In this document: positions 56,508 through 64,000 of the stretch, one piece after another
Position numbering within the stretch: position 1 is the first letter of the stretch
Layout: each line of letters opens with the position of its first letter
NCBI GenBank assembly: GCA_031423615.1
Contig: JANPFV010000015.1
Location: 14,666 to 78,665, forward strand
Direction: 5' to 3'
DNA: 64,000 nt
DNA from: Candidatus Omnitrophota bacterium
GTDB lineage: Bacteria > Omnitrophota > Gorgyraeia > Zapsychrales > JANLHA01
Notes under the pieces: model-generated
Database searches by the model: none
What the model saw: only the letters and a program-made list of their open reading frames with translations
Told to the model about the DNA's origin: nothing
Translations under genes and position numbers: made by a program

Positions 56508-57584
56508 ATGGATTTCTTACAAGTTTGGATGTCGGACGTTAATGTGGGTCGGTATCTGCAAGTTTTTATAGTTTTTGTCCTTTTGGTTTTTCTTTTTGTT
56601 TTAACCAAAAGATGGCTGGTCAATTATTTGCGCCGTATTGCAGAAAAGACACCCAATGATGTGGATGACTTAGCGGTGTCGCTTTTGTCCAAGATCACTT
56701 TGCCGGTTTTTTTGGTGATCGCTTTTTATCTGGCCTTATGGCCGCTGGATCTTTCGGTGACGGTGCGTACGCTTTTACATCATATGCTGGTCATCATTAT
56801 TACGATCAATATCGCCATGCTCATGCAGAGCGTTATTGAATATGGGTTAAGCAAGATGTATCGACGGCGCATGAAAGATGAACAATCGGTCAATTTGGTT
56901 GTCAAAAGTTTGGGCGGTATTTTGCAGTGGGGTGTGTGGATCCTGGGCTTTATTTTTGTCCTGGATAATATGGGCGTGAATGTGACGACCCTCGTTTCGG
57001 GAATTGGGATTGGCGGGATTGCCGTCGCTATTGCCGCGCAGGCCGTGCTGGGAGATGCTTTCAGCGCCTTTTCTATTTTTATGGACAAACCCTTCGAAAT
57101 CGGAGATTTTATTATCATCGATGACTATATGGGTTCAGTAGAAAATATCGGAATTAAAACGACACGTGTCCGCAGTCTGAGCGGTGAACTATTAATTTTT
57201 GCCAATTCCGATTTGACCAAAAGCCGGATCCGTAATTATCAGCATCTGCAGACCCGGCGGGTAGTTTTTACGGTGAAAATCCAGTATCAAACTCCGACAG
57301 AGAAAGTTAGAAAAATCCCATTGCTCATTAAAGAGATCATAGACCAGATGAAGGATGTGCGGCTGGACCGTGTTCATTTTCAAAGTTTGGGGGATTTTTC
57401 GCTGGTTTATGAAATTGTCTATTATGTCCTTTCCGCGGACTATAATCTTTATATGGATCGTCAACAGACCATCAACATCGCCATAATGGAAACTTTAGAA
57501 AAGCAAGCCATTCGTTTGGCTTACCCAACGCAGACCCTTAATTTAGAAAGAGTATCCTATGAATCATCTGGGCGCTTGGCCTGA
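56508..57584 (+). CDS. MscS-family mechanosensitive channel
   Basis: three N-terminal TM segments, the last being the pore helix GIGIGGIAVAIAAQAVLGDAFSAFSIF; beta domain DKPFEIGDFI. Confidence 0.85.
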   Translation: MDFLQVWMSDVNVGRYLQVFIVFVLLVFLFVLTKRWLVNYLRRIAEKTPNDVDDLAVSLLSKITLPVFLVIAFYLALWPLDLSVTVRTLLHHMLVIIITINIAMLMQSVIEYGLSKMYRRRMKDEQSVNLVVKSLGGILQWGVWILGFIFVLDNMGVNVTTLVSGIGIGGIAVAIAAQAVLGDAFSAFSIFMDKPFEIGDFIIIDDYMGSVENIGIKTTRVRSLSGELLIFANSDLTKSRIRNYQHLQTRRVVFTVKIQYQTPTEKVRKIPLLIKEIIDQMKDVRLDRVHFQSLGDFSLVYEIVYYVLSADYNLYMDRQQTINIAIMETLEKQAIRLAYPTQTLNLERVSYESSGRLA

Positions 57585-59403
57585 AGGACGGGGGTTCCAT
57601 TTTCGGGTCTGGGCTCCTCAATGCAAAAGCCTGGAAGTGGTCGTCGATGGCGGCCATATCCCGCCGATCACCTTAACTTTGCAAAAAGATGGATATTTTA
57701 CCGGAGAGGCCTCTTTAAAGCCGGGTGATTTGTATAAATTTCGCGTCGACGGCCATTCCTTGTATCCTGATCCCTGTTCACGTTTTCAGCCCCAAGGTCC
57801 ACATGGCCCGTCGATGATCGTCGACCCGCATTCTTTCAGATGGCAGGACCACGCCTGGCAGAAAAAGGGACTGCAAATGCTAGGTCAGATCATTTATGAA
57901 CTCCATGTCGGTTCGTTTTCACAGCAGGGAAATTATCAGGGAGTTGTCTCGGAATTAAAAGAGTTGAAGGACTTGGGGATCACTGTCCTGGAGATCATGC
58001 CGATTGCCGAATTTCCCGGTCGCTGGAATTGGGGCTATGACGGGGTTTCCCTTTTTGCCCCGGCCCATGTTTATGGTTCTCCTGACGATTTGCGTCACTT
58101 GATCAATGAAGCCCACAAAATAGAGATGGGAGTGATATTGGATGTCGTTTATAATCATCTAGGTCCCGACGGTAATTATTTAAAAGTTTTCAGCCCCGAT
58201 TATTTCTCGTCGCAGTATACAACGGACTGGGGTGAAGCCCTTAATTTCGACGGGAAGAATGCGCAGGGGGTAAGGGAATTCTTTATCCATAACGCCTGCT
58301 ACTGGATTGAAGAATTTCATTTTGATGGATTGCGTTTAGACGCCACCCAGAATATTTATGATAAAAGTTCTTGTCATATTCTGGCAGAAATGACGGCCGC
58401 GGCACGCCAGAGCGCTTCTCCCAAAAAAATAATTGTGGTGGCAGAAAATGAACCGCAAGAAATCATCCTTTGCCAATCTCCCGAAAAAGGGGGATATGGT
58501 ATGGACGGGATGTGGAATGATGACTTTCATCACAGCGCGCATGTAGCTCTGACCGGACACCGTGAAGCTTATTACACGGATTACTTCGGCCATTCTGAAG
58601 AATTTATTTCCATGATTCAGAAGGGGTTTCTTTATCAGGGACAGTTTTATTCATGGCAAAATAAAAAACGCGGTACTTTTGTCGGCGAAGAAATTAACGC
58701 CAGTCAGTTTATCATTTTCTTGGAGAACCACGACCAGGTGGCCAATAGTTTAGACGGACAGCGTATTACAAGCCAGCTGGATAGGGGGCTGGTCCGGGCC
58801 ATGACGGCTCTTCTTTTATTGTCCCCGCAAACGCCCATGCTTTTTATGGGACAGGAATTTGGAGCCTCCAACCCGTTTCTTTTTTTTGCTGACCATAATA
58901 AAGATTTAGCGCCTTTGGTTTTCAAAGGACGAAAAGAATTTTTATCGCAATTCCCCAGTATTCATAACACTCTGGAAACGATCGCTGATCCTAACGATGA
59001 ACAAACTTTTCAGCAATGCAAACTGAATTTTAAAGAACGACACACGCATAAAGAAATTTATCATTTGCATAAAGATCTCTTACGGTTGCGGCGGGAAGAT
59101 GATCTTTTTAATCAGCAGGACCGCACCAAAATAGACGGAGCGGCTTTAAGTGATTGCGCCTTTGTCTTGCGTTACCACGGGAAGGATTCCGACCGTCTTA
59201 TCGTCGTGAATATGGGAAATGATCTGGATTTCTCACCTTGCCCGCGGCCGATTTTAGCGCCGCGGCCCCATTCGTCGTGGGAGGGTGTGTGGTCAAGTAA
59301 CGATGTGCGTTATGGGGGAAAAGGCACGGCCTGGGCTTTTTCCGGCTACGGCTGGTATATCCCAGGTCGCTGTGCGCAAATTTTTACATCGGAGAAAAAA
59401 TGA
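57559..59403 (+). CDS. treZ: malto-oligosyltrehalose trehalohydrolase (GH13)
   Basis: N-terminal E-set segment WPEGRGFHFRVWAP; GH13 regions VILDVVYNH and GLRLDA; length of about 610 aa. Confidence 0.8.
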   Translation: MNHLGAWPEGRGFHFRVWAPQCKSLEVVVDGGHIPPITLTLQKDGYFTGEASLKPGDLYKFRVDGHSLYPDPCSRFQPQGPHGPSMIVDPHSFRWQDHAWQKKGLQMLGQIIYELHVGSFSQQGNYQGVVSELKELKDLGITVLEIMPIAEFPGRWNWGYDGVSLFAPAHVYGSPDDLRHLINEAHKIEMGVILDVVYNHLGPDGNYLKVFSPDYFSSQYTTDWGEALNFDGKNAQGVREFFIHNACYWIEEFHFDGLRLDATQNIYDKSSCHILAEMTAAARQSASPKKIIVVAENEPQEIILCQSPEKGGYGMDGMWNDDFHHSAHVALTGHREAYYTDYFGHSEEFISMIQKGFLYQGQFYSWQNKKRGTFVGEEINASQFIIFLENHDQVANSLDGQRITSQLDRGLVRAMTALLLLSPQTPMLFMGQEFGASNPFLFFADHNKDLAPLVFKGRKEFLSQFPSIHNTLETIADPNDEQTFQQCKLNFKERHTHKEIYHLHKDLLRLRREDDLFNQQDRTKIDGAALSDCAFVLRYHGKDSDRLIVVNMGNDLDFSPCPRPILAPRPHSSWEGVWSSNDVRYGGKGTAWAFSGYGWYIPGRCAQIFTSEKK

Positions 59404-61424
59404 TAGAACCCATTTTAAGAATTCCTCTGCAAACGCCAGAACATTTCCTTTCAAAAGAATGGCTGATTACAAATGGTCTCGGGGGGTATGCGTCCGGATC
59501 GCTGGCGGGGATCAATACCCGTCGCCATCACGGAATTTTTATTCCCAATTTGCCGGCCCCGCGGGGCCGTACCATGATGCTTCCTTATTTGGATGAAAAG
59601 GTCCGGATTGCGGATCATGATATTTCTTTGGGAGGAATTGAATTCGGCAATCATCAGGTTGAAGCCTCGGGTTATCCCTATTTAAAAGATTTTTGTTTAG
59701 ATTGGCAGACGCCGGTATGGACATTTGATATCAATGGTCAGATTTTAGAAAAAAAGATTTTTATGCCGTATGGACAGAATACCGTCTATGTGTCCTATCG
59801 TTTAATCCAGGGAAGCGTTCTCGATATGCGGTTAAGCCCTTATTGCGGCTGTCGTAAACACGACAGCACATTAGGTTATCCCCAGACATGGCCCTTTGCC
59901 GTGAGCCATCAAGACAACCATTATGAAGTGGCGGCTTTTGAAGGCGCCCCGCTTTTAAGGCTGACCTTAAAACCCTTTCACGGAAATTTTAAGTCCCAGA
60001 GCCAGGTCATTAAGGATGTTTTCTATCGTCGGGAATTTGAACGCGGCCTTGACCATACGGAAAATATTTTAAGTCCCGGCTCTTTCTCTTTTCAGATACA
60101 CGAAGGAGAAACGGTTTTTTTCCTGGCCAGCACGGAAGACTGGGAGTCTCTGCAAGACGATCCGTCCGGCATTTTTGAAACCGAATTTCAACGCCGGCAA
60201 AAATTATTGTCGCTGGCTACGGGGGCAGAAAATCATTTGGTCACGGCCCAGCTCACCTTGGCCGCCGATCAGTTTATTGTTTTGCCCCGCACCCGCAACC
60301 AAAAAGATGTGGTCATCGACTCGTCGGTGGAACGCGTGCGTACCGTCATTGCCGGTTATCACTGGTTTACGGACTGGGGCCGCGATACCATGATTAGCTT
60401 GGAGGGGCTGACCTTATGCACCGGCCGGCACGAAGAAGCCAAGGCGATTCTAAAAACATTCGGCCATTATGTGCGAAATGGACTTTTGCCCAATCATTTT
60501 CCCGAAGGAGAGCGCTACGCTATCTACAATACGGTTGATGCGACGTTCTGGTATTTCCACGCGATAGACCGGTATTTTCAAGTTACGGGAGACAAAGAAA
60601 CTTTGGAATCTCTTTTTCCGGTTCTTAAATTGATTATTGAATCGCATATGCGCGGGACCGATTTCGGGATTCATATGGATCCTGAAGACGGTTTGATCAG
60701 TGCGGCGGCGGAAGGTTTTCAGCTGACGTGGATGGACGCCAAAGTGGATGAGTGGGTGGTTACTCCCCGTCGGGGAAAACCGGTCGAAATCCAGGGCCTG
60801 TGGTTTAATGCGCTTAAGCTGATGGAAACCTGGAGTCAGCTTTTAGAAAAACCGGATGAGCTTTATTTCGATTTATCAAAAAAAGTTTTTGAGTCTTTCA
60901 ATCAACGCTTCTGGTATGAAAAAGGCGGGTATTTGTTTGATGTTGTGGATACCGAAAGGGGCTCTGATGATTCTTTGCGCCCGAATCAAATCATGGCCCT
61001 GTCTTTGCGTTTTCCTGTCTTGGATCAAAAATTCTGGAAACCTGTTATAGATGTCATCGAGAAAAAGTTGCTGACACCTTTGGGATTGCGAACACTTGAC
61101 CCGCTGGATAAACGATATCATGGTCGTTATACCGGAAGCCGCTGGGACCGCGACGCCGCGTATCATCAGGGTTTGGTCTGGACTTGGCTGATCGGTCCTT
61201 TTTTTGATGCGTATAAAAAGATTTACCAAGACCCGCATAAGATCGAAGACCTTTTAAAATATTTTTCCTTGCATTTGCAAGAAGCCGGGATTGGGACCAT
61301 CAACGAGATTTTTGACGGCGACGATCCTCACGCGCCGCGTGGATGTATCGCCCAGGCCTGGAGTGTCGCCGAAGTTTTACGCTGTTATATGAATCTTAAC
61401 AATGATCGAAAGAATGGAAAATAA
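59400..61424 (+). CDS. amylo-alpha-1,6-glucosidase / glycogen-debranching-enzyme family protein (GDE_C type)
   Basis: GYHWFTDWGRDTMISLEGL and NTVDATFWYF segments characteristic of the (alpha/alpha)6-barrel GDE family. Confidence 0.75.
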   Translation: MIEPILRIPLQTPEHFLSKEWLITNGLGGYASGSLAGINTRRHHGIFIPNLPAPRGRTMMLPYLDEKVRIADHDISLGGIEFGNHQVEASGYPYLKDFCLDWQTPVWTFDINGQILEKKIFMPYGQNTVYVSYRLIQGSVLDMRLSPYCGCRKHDSTLGYPQTWPFAVSHQDNHYEVAAFEGAPLLRLTLKPFHGNFKSQSQVIKDVFYRREFERGLDHTENILSPGSFSFQIHEGETVFFLASTEDWESLQDDPSGIFETEFQRRQKLLSLATGAENHLVTAQLTLAADQFIVLPRTRNQKDVVIDSSVERVRTVIAGYHWFTDWGRDTMISLEGLTLCTGRHEEAKAILKTFGHYVRNGLLPNHFPEGERYAIYNTVDATFWYFHAIDRYFQVTGDKETLESLFPVLKLIIESHMRGTDFGIHMDPEDGLISAAAEGFQLTWMDAKVDEWVVTPRRGKPVEIQGLWFNALKLMETWSQLLEKPDELYFDLSKKVFESFNQRFWYEKGGYLFDVVDTERGSDDSLRPNQIMALSLRFPVLDQKFWKPVIDVIEKKLLTPLGLRTLDPLDKRYHGRYTGSRWDRDAAYHQGLVWTWLIGPFFDAYKKIYQDPHKIEDLLKYFSLHLQEAGIGTINEIFDGDDPHAPRGCIAQAWSVAEVLRCYMNLNNDRKNGK

Positions 61425-63522
61425 TACAATGTCATCTAGGAGTAAGGAAATATCGAAAGGTTCCGCCGAGAAATTAGGAGCGGTGCTTACTCCACAAGGA
61501 GTCAATTTCGCTTTATATTCAAAGTATGCCAAAGAAGTTTTTCTATTATTGTTTGATAGGACAGACGGAGATCCAACCGATGTCATTCCGGTTGAAAATA
61601 AAACGGAAGATGTTTGGCATATTTTTATTCCGGGCCTTAAGGCCGGGCAGTTGTACGGTTATAAAGTTGGCGGTGACTACAATCCCAAAGAAGGATTGCG
61701 CTTTAATCCTCACAAACTTTTGGTTGACCCCTACGCTAGGGCTATAACACCGTTTCTTCATAAAGAGAACTTGCTGTATGCGTATGACGTGAATGCAGAA
61801 AATAAAGATCTGGTCATGGATACCCGCGACAACAGCCGTGTTGCGGCCAAATGTGTTGTGATCGACGACACTTTCGACTGGGGTGCTGACAAAAAGCCGG
61901 CCATTAAAAAAGAGGACCTCATTATTTATGAAATCCATTTGCGCGGCTTTACCGCCAGTCCTTCATCCGGCGTCAAGAAGGCCGGGACCTATCAGGGTTT
62001 TAGCGAAAAAATTTCCTATCTTAAAGATTTGGGAATTAACGCCGTTGAATTGTTGCCGATCCAGGAGTTTTATGTGCAGGATTATATAATTAAAAAGGGC
62101 TTAACGAATTATTGGGGTTATGACACAATTGGTTTTTTTACGCCCACTTCGCATTACAGCGCGGAGGAAAAACCCGGCTCGCAAGTTAACGAATTTAAAA
62201 ATCTCGTCAAGGAATTGCACAAATCCGGGATCGAAGTGATTTTGGATGTGGTTTACAATCATACGGCTGAAGGCAATGGTTTGGGTCCGACATTGTGTTT
62301 CAAGGGAATTGATAATCCGACGTATTATTATCTCGCTCGGGCAGGGGAAGACGAACCCTATCGGGCTTACCGCGATGATACGGGTTGCGGAAATACGTTT
62401 AATGTCGAGAATCCGGCCGTCATGAAACTGGTTCTGGATTCTCTTTCGTATTGGGTCGAAGAAATGCATGTCGACGGGTTCCGCTTTGATCTTGCGACCG
62501 TGTTGGGGCATAAAGAGGGAGAATTTAATAAGGAAGCGCCGTTTTTTAAAGCCATTGCCGACCATCCGGTTTTAAAGGAGGTCAAACTGATCGCCGAACC
62601 GTGGGATATTAAGACCTATCAAATCGGAAATTTTCCTAAAGGATGGATGGAGTGGAACGGAAAGTTTCGTGATACAGTGCGAAGATTTGTTAAAGGTGAT
62701 GAAGGCCAGGGGTCAGAGCTTCCCAAACGTTTTATGGGTTCTGACGATATTTATGGGGCCAAGGAACGCGATGTTTATGAGAGCATCAATTTTGTGACCT
62801 GCCACGACGGCTTTACGCTCCATGATCTATTTTCTTACAATCAGAAGCATAACGAAGGTAACCAGGAGGAAAACCGCGACGGGACCGATGACAATAGCTC
62901 CTGGAATTGCGGCGCGGAAGGGGAAGTGACAGATGAGGCCATTTTGAAACTGCGTCGACAAATGATCAAAAATGCTTTTTGCTATTTGTTTTTTTCGTTT
63001 GGAACGCCCATGGTTTTAGGCGGGGATGAGGTGATGCGCACACAAAAAGGAAACAATAATACGTGGTGTCAAGACAATGATTTGAATTGGTTTGATTGGG
63101 ACTTAGTCCAAAAGAACGCGGAGGTCCTTGAGTTTTTTAAGAAGGCCATTCTTTTTAGAAAACAATATCCTCTTTTAGGACGTCAAAAGCCAAATCCGCA
63201 GATTGAGTGGTTTGACATGAGTTTGAACACGCCTCCTAAATGGGATGACCCGACGCTGAAAACACTATGCTTTCACATGAAGTCGTCGGTGGAAGATCGA
63301 GAAGTTACTCCGAGTTTTTTCTTCATTTTCAATTCTCATTCTGAGGCGTGTCACGTACGTCTGCCTCAACATGAAAATATAACGTGGCATGAATGTGTGG
63401 ATACGTCGCGTTCGGCAAACGAGGATTTCTTTATCAATGGAGAAGAATCAGCGAGGAGCCCTCAGGACCAAAGGGAATGCCATGGCCGCAGTGTGGTCAT
63501 CCTTATGGGAAAGAAGAAATGA
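61402..63522 (+). CDS. treX: glycogen debranching enzyme / isoamylase (GH13_11, GlgX/TreX type)
   Basis: N-terminal CBM48-like region; VILDVVYNHTAEGN, GFRFDLA and EPWD catalytic regions; start ambiguous among 61402, 61414 and 61429. Confidence 0.85.
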   Translation: MIERMENNTMSSRSKEISKGSAEKLGAVLTPQGVNFALYSKYAKEVFLLLFDRTDGDPTDVIPVENKTEDVWHIFIPGLKAGQLYGYKVGGDYNPKEGLRFNPHKLLVDPYARAITPFLHKENLLYAYDVNAENKDLVMDTRDNSRVAAKCVVIDDTFDWGADKKPAIKKEDLIIYEIHLRGFTASPSSGVKKAGTYQGFSEKISYLKDLGINAVELLPIQEFYVQDYIIKKGLTNYWGYDTIGFFTPTSHYSAEEKPGSQVNEFKNLVKELHKSGIEVILDVVYNHTAEGNGLGPTLCFKGIDNPTYYYLARAGEDEPYRAYRDDTGCGNTFNVENPAVMKLVLDSLSYWVEEMHVDGFRFDLATVLGHKEGEFNKEAPFFKAIADHPVLKEVKLIAEPWDIKTYQIGNFPKGWMEWNGKFRDTVRRFVKGDEGQGSELPKRFMGSDDIYGAKERDVYESINFVTCHDGFTLHDLFSYNQKHNEGNQEENRDGTDDNSSWNCGAEGEVTDEAILKLRRQMIKNAFCYLFFSFGTPMVLGGDEVMRTQKGNNNTWCQDNDLNWFDWDLVQKNAEVLEFFKKAILFRKQYPLLGRQKPNPQIEWFDMSLNTPPKWDDPTLKTLCFHMKSSVEDREVTPSFFFIFNSHSEACHVRLPQHENITWHECVDTSRSANEDFFINGEESARSPQDQRECHGRSVVILMGKKK

Positions 63523-64000
63523 AAATTCCTTGGGCAACCTACCGGTTGCAATTGTGCCCGGCTTTTGGTTTTGGAGAAACGGAAAAAATCCTTGATTATT
63601 TATCTGATCTGGGCATTTCTGATATTTATGCCGCACCTATTTTAAAACCTGTCAAAGGATGCCCCCATGGATATGATGTCGTTGATCATTCCTTGATCAA
63701 TCCCGAATTGGGCGGATTGGAAGGCTTTGAGCGTTTGAGCCAAGCGGCCCAGAGGAAAGGTCTGGGATGGATTCAAGACATTGTCCCTAATCACATGGCT
63801 TACAGCAGTGAAAATAAAATGCTCATGGATGTTTTTGAGAACGGTCCTTTGTCGTCTTATGCCAAATATTTTGATTTTCAATTTGATCATCCCTGCGAAA
63901 ACTTAAAAAATAAAATTCTCGCTCCTTTCCTCGGAGAATTTTATGGTCATTGTCTGGAAGAGAACCAAATCCAGATCATTTATAACGAGAAAGGATTTTT
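63519..64000 (+). CDS. treY: malto-oligosyltrehalose synthase, N-terminal part (continues beyond the window)
   Basis: MKIPWATYRLQLCPAFGFGETEKILDYLSDLGISDIYAAPILK, a typical TreY N-terminus; ATGA overlap with treX. Confidence 0.8.
   Translation, partial: MKIPWATYRLQLCPAFGFGETEKILDYLSDLGISDIYAAPILKPVKGCPHGYDVVDHSLINPELGGLEGFERLSQAAQRKGLGWIQDIVPNHMAYSSENKMLMDVFENGPLSSYAKYFDFQFDHPCENLKNKILAPFLGEFYGHCLEENQIQIIYNEKGF

Overview
The window is a gene-dense 64-kb bacterial chromosomal segment, almost entirely on the + strand, with frequent stop/start overlaps that suggest long operons. No rRNA, tRNA, CRISPR array or transposase was recognised. From the start to 10.8 kb there are four small ORFs of unknown function, then a rhodanese/two-component/SpoU operon, cell-wall genes (Amidase_3, murI), a complete preQ1 (queuosine precursor) operon queD-queC-queE-queF, and rph-rdgB. 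A 948-aa AsmA/TamB-like protein is encoded on the - strand. The single + strand block from about 13.9 to 36.0 kb reads as a nucleotide-sugar and glycan operon. It contains a radical SAM enzyme, a GT9 enzyme, SDR epimerases/dehydratases and two different thiamine-diphosphate (ThDP) enzymes: an E1 alpha/beta fusion and an acetolactate-synthase-like YerE-type protein. It also has a sugar C-methyltransferase, a class I aminotransferase, three SAM methyltransferases, two GT2 enzymes, two large polytopic membrane proteins and a TPR protein. Directly downstream is the most striking element, a 2476-aa single-polypeptide iterative type I PKS with the enediyne-PKSE domain order KS-AT-ACP-KR-DH-PPTase, extended by a tandem hotdog thioesterase region. 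It is followed by a visibly AT-richer signalling island (a multi-TM GAF histidine kinase, five receiver domains in four proteins, an XRE-cupin regulator with a perfect 28-bp palindromic operator, and small ORFs). The 3' end carries lhr translationally coupled to a family-4 uracil-DNA glycosylase, DUF2934, MscS, and a treZ / amylo-1,6-glucosidase / treX / treY trehalose-from-glycogen cluster. All functional calls rest on motif-level reading of the supplied translations; no database search was possible.
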